From: an uncultured virus (IMG/VR IMGVR_UViG_3300025945_000001)
Taxonomy: Duplodnaviria; Heunggongvirae; Uroviricota; Caudoviricetes
Virus record (IMG/VR): IMGVR_UViG_3300025945_000001
Length of the DNA: 35,811 bases
Strand: one strand, 5' to 3'
The translations under genes were made by a program, and so were the position numbers. The notes below the pieces were generated by a model. That model saw only the letters and a program-made list of their open reading frames with translations. It had not been told where the DNA came from and did not search any database. Shown here one piece after another: positions 33,468-35,811 of the stretch (positions within the stretch are counted from its first letter, which is position 1; each line of letters begins with the position of its first letter).

Positions 33468-33599
33468 GGGTTGCCCAAAACTGGGCAACCCACCAAAAGT
33501 CCCCCGCGTCGCGCGTACGCACGCGTACGCGAGCCGACTTTAGTCGGGTTGCCCAATTGAGCGCCCATTTGGGCAACCCAGCCCGCGTGGGTTGCCCAA
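33468..33599. repeat. Five iteron-like GGGTTGCCCA(A) repeats in alternating orientation (putative origin)
   Basis: Forward at 33468, 33546 and 33589; reverse at 33482 and 33569; directly downstream of the primase-helicase. Confidence 0.8.
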
Positions 33600-33655
33600 A
33601 TCGCGTGAAGTTAGCCGTTTCACAACGCACTCCCGAAAAACGTGAACCCACTCAC

Positions 33656-35811
33656 TCACTGGTTATCCGCCTCAGTCACGAGTCGGTACCCTCGCCAACG
33701 CAGTGGACCACGCCCGTGAGTACCCTTCTTTCGCTCTAATCCCAGCTCCTCCAGCGCCTCGGTGAAGGCTCGTTTCTTCAGTGGTCGCGGCACGTTCGCG
33801 GGCGCCCACGCTAGGTCGTAGTGCACCCAGACCTCCTCGGCCGTCGCGGACTGGTCGTGCCCCTCGACGGCCACGAGACACTCGGCGACGAACGCTCGCA
33901 TCGGATCCGAGGCGAGCGCGTACCGCTCGCGGCGCTCGGCCAACCACGGCGTGCTGCCCAGTCCCTCGCGCTGCCAGGCCAGGCACGCGCGCACGGCCCA
34001 CGCTAGGATGGCCCGGTGCGCCGCCGGCTCGTCGTCGAGGTGTGCCTTGACGCGTGGGTCCTTGATCGCGGGCTCGCGCTCGAACGGCAGCAGCAGCAGC
34101 CGTTCCTGGAGAGCCTTGTCCGGTGAGTGCGGTACGTAGTTCGTGGCCATCCACAGCTTGGCGCTCGGCCGGTACGAGTACGAGTCCCGGTACAGCGCGC
34201 GGGCGTCCATGGTGTCGCCGCCGGTGAACTGCTTCACGAAGTTGTCGGCCATGCGACTGCCCTTGGACAGCTCGCCGACGAGCACGAGGCGGGCGCCGCG
34301 AACCTTGGCGAGCTTCTCACCTCGGTTCACCCTGGAGTCGGCCTGCACGACGTCGGCGTCCCACGTCGTGGCGTAGCCACCGGAGTCGACGTCGCCCAGC
34401 GCCCGGTACAGCGGCTCGGTGACGGTGGACTTGCCGGTGTTGGTCGGGCCACTGATGACCAACATCCGCTTCTCGGTGGTGCGGCCGGTCAGCGTGTACC
34501 CCGCGAACCGCGCCAGCAGCCGCAGCTGCTCGGGGTCGTCCTGGAGAGCCTCGCGGAGCACGCGCTCCCAGGTCTCGTCGCGGGCGTCGGGGTCGTAGGC
34601 CGTGGGGCAGGTGCGACTGAGCAGGTGGCGTGGGTCGTGAGGTAGCAGGTCGCCGGTGCGCAGGTCGAGCGTGCCGTTGGGGCAGTTCAGCAGCCACGGG
34701 TCGGCGTCCAGCGTTGTCACCGAGTGCGCCAGCAACGGTTCGGCGAACACCAGCGCGCCGCGCAGTCCTCCGCTGGACTCGATCCGGTTGGCGCGCGTCA
34801 TGAGCGTCTCGGCCTCGCGACCGACGTTGCCCGACGTGGCGCGCTCGCGCAGTAGGTCCGTGAACTCGCCGATCAGCAGCGTGTGCACGCGCTCGGCGTC
34901 GGGTGCCCACCGCCGGCCGTCGTAGACGTGCCAACCCGCCTGCGGCGTCCACAGCGCCTTGCCGTCGAGAAAGCGCGCGATCTCGATGCCGTTGGCTCGG
35001 TCGGTCGCCCGGTGGGGGTTGTCCGGACCCGTGCCTACCTCGAGGGTGGTGCGCACGGTCGACGGTGGCTCGTCCAGCGGTCGCGACTCGACGAGCTCCG
35101 GGTTGGCCGCGACCTCGCGCGCCGACTCCTCCAGCGGACTGGTTCGGGTGACGCGCTCGGCGAACGCCGCCTCACCGGCCGAGACGTACGCCACCGCGCC
35201 CGGCGGGTAGTCGCGGCACACGCGGTCCACCATGTCGCGGGCGTCGTCGGGCGTCCACGGGCGTTCACCCGGCTGGTTGGGCATGAGCTGGAGCGCGGCG
35301 TTCGTCAACACGAGCATCTCGGTGTACGAGACGCCTCGGGCGCGCATCGAGCTGACGTACCGGTACAGCTCGATGTTCTGCGAGCCCACCTCGACGCCCT
35401 CGGTCAGCAGCGCCTCGGGGTTCACCGGCTCACCGGCCATGGTGAAGATCGTCACCGGGTCTTCCCGGTGGTTGGCGCCGTCGCGCTGACTCCTCATTCC
35501 CGACGACTTGCGCAGGCCCGCGACCCACGCGTCGGACAACTCCGGGAACTCGGTCGGCCTCGGCACGCGACCACTCGGCTGGAAGCTCGGGTCGTACCAC
35601 GTGTACACCGCGTGAGTCAGTGGGTGCACGGACGGCCACACCACGGCGTAGCGGTGGCCGGTGCGCACGACCTCCACGCCGCTGCCGGTTCCCATGTCCG
35701 AGATCCAGTCCTCGCCCGTCGGCACGCGGTAGAACCGGATGCCGCTGTCTCCGTCGGGTCGACTTGTGCTGCGCCACGTGGGTGGTAGGTCGCCGAGCTG
35801 CTCCTCCCACC
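33656..35811 (-). CDS. Bifunctional primase-polymerase fused to D5/P4-type SF3 helicase, 5' end outside the window
   Basis: The frame stays open to the edge (LGDLPPTWRSTSRPDGDSGIRFYRVP); GHRYAVVWPSVHP, LLNCPNGTLDLRTG, Walker A GPTNTGKS, KQFTGGD and WMATN. Confidence 0.92.
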   Translation of the reverse strand, partial: WEEQLGDLPPTWRSTSRPDGDSGIRFYRVPTGEDWISDMGTGSGVEVVRTGHRYAVVWPSVHPLTHAVYTWYDPSFQPSGRVPRPTEFPELSDAWVAGLRKSSGMRSQRDGANHREDPVTIFTMAGEPVNPEALLTEGVEVGSQNIELYRYVSSMRARGVSYTEMLVLTNAALQLMPNQPGERPWTPDDARDMVDRVCRDYPPGAVAYVSAGEAAFAERVTRTSPLEESAREVAANPELVESRPLDEPPSTVRTTLEVGTGPDNPHRATDRANGIEIARFLDGKALWTPQAGWHVYDGRRWAPDAERVHTLLIGEFTDLLRERATSGNVGREAETLMTRANRIESSGGLRGALVFAEPLLAHSVTTLDADPWLLNCPNGTLDLRTGDLLPHDPRHLLSRTCPTAYDPDARDETWERVLREALQDDPEQLRLLARFAGYTLTGRTTEKRMLVISGPTNTGKSTVTEPLYRALGDVDSGGYATTWDADVVQADSRVNRGEKLAKVRGARLVLVGELSKGSRMADNFVKQFTGGDTMDARALYRDSYSYRPSAKLWMATNYVPHSPDKALQERLLLLPFEREPAIKDPRVKAHLDDEPAAHRAILAWAVRACLAWQREGLGSTPWLAERRERYALASDPMRAFVAECLVAVEGHDQSATAEEVWVHYDLAWAPANVPRPLKKRAFTEALEELGLERKKGTHGRGPLRWRGYRLVTEADNQ

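Noticed and set aside
1..35811. tRNA genes, integrase/att sites, transposases, reverse transcriptase/DGR
   Set aside because: No cloverleaf or characteristic catalytic motifs recognised by eye; a tRNAscan/HMM run would be needed to exclude them firmly.

Overview
High-GC (actinomycete-type) tailed-phage DNA; no integrase, host gene or RNA gene was seen, so free phage versus prophage is unresolved. 1-9275 (minus strand) is a virion module resembling mycobacteriophage cluster B-like actinophages: membrane/holin genes, portal, a multidomain capsid maturation protein with an N-terminal 2H-phosphoesterase-like domain, two capsid proteins and the start of the major tail protein. 9421-19343 (plus) holds many small accessory genes, including a Thg1-like enzyme, an apparently degenerate NADAR and an HTH protein. 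The large terminase (19330-20763, minus) lies alone between two plus-strand blocks. 20965-25332 encodes charged, low-complexity and Cys-rich small proteins. The most striking element is 27305-31930: twelve tandem minus-strand cassettes, each with a conserved sigma70-like extended -10 promoter (consensus CACGTG(A/G)TATAATGAACGTAG), often a hairpin over the -35, a Shine-Dalgarno site and 1-2 unrelated small ORFs. The array is bracketed by two AT-richer, palindrome- and repeat-rich non-coding segments. A probable small terminase, five iteron-like repeats and a primase-polymerase/SF3 helicase (truncated by the window) follow. All protein calls come from motif recognition by eye, not from database searches.
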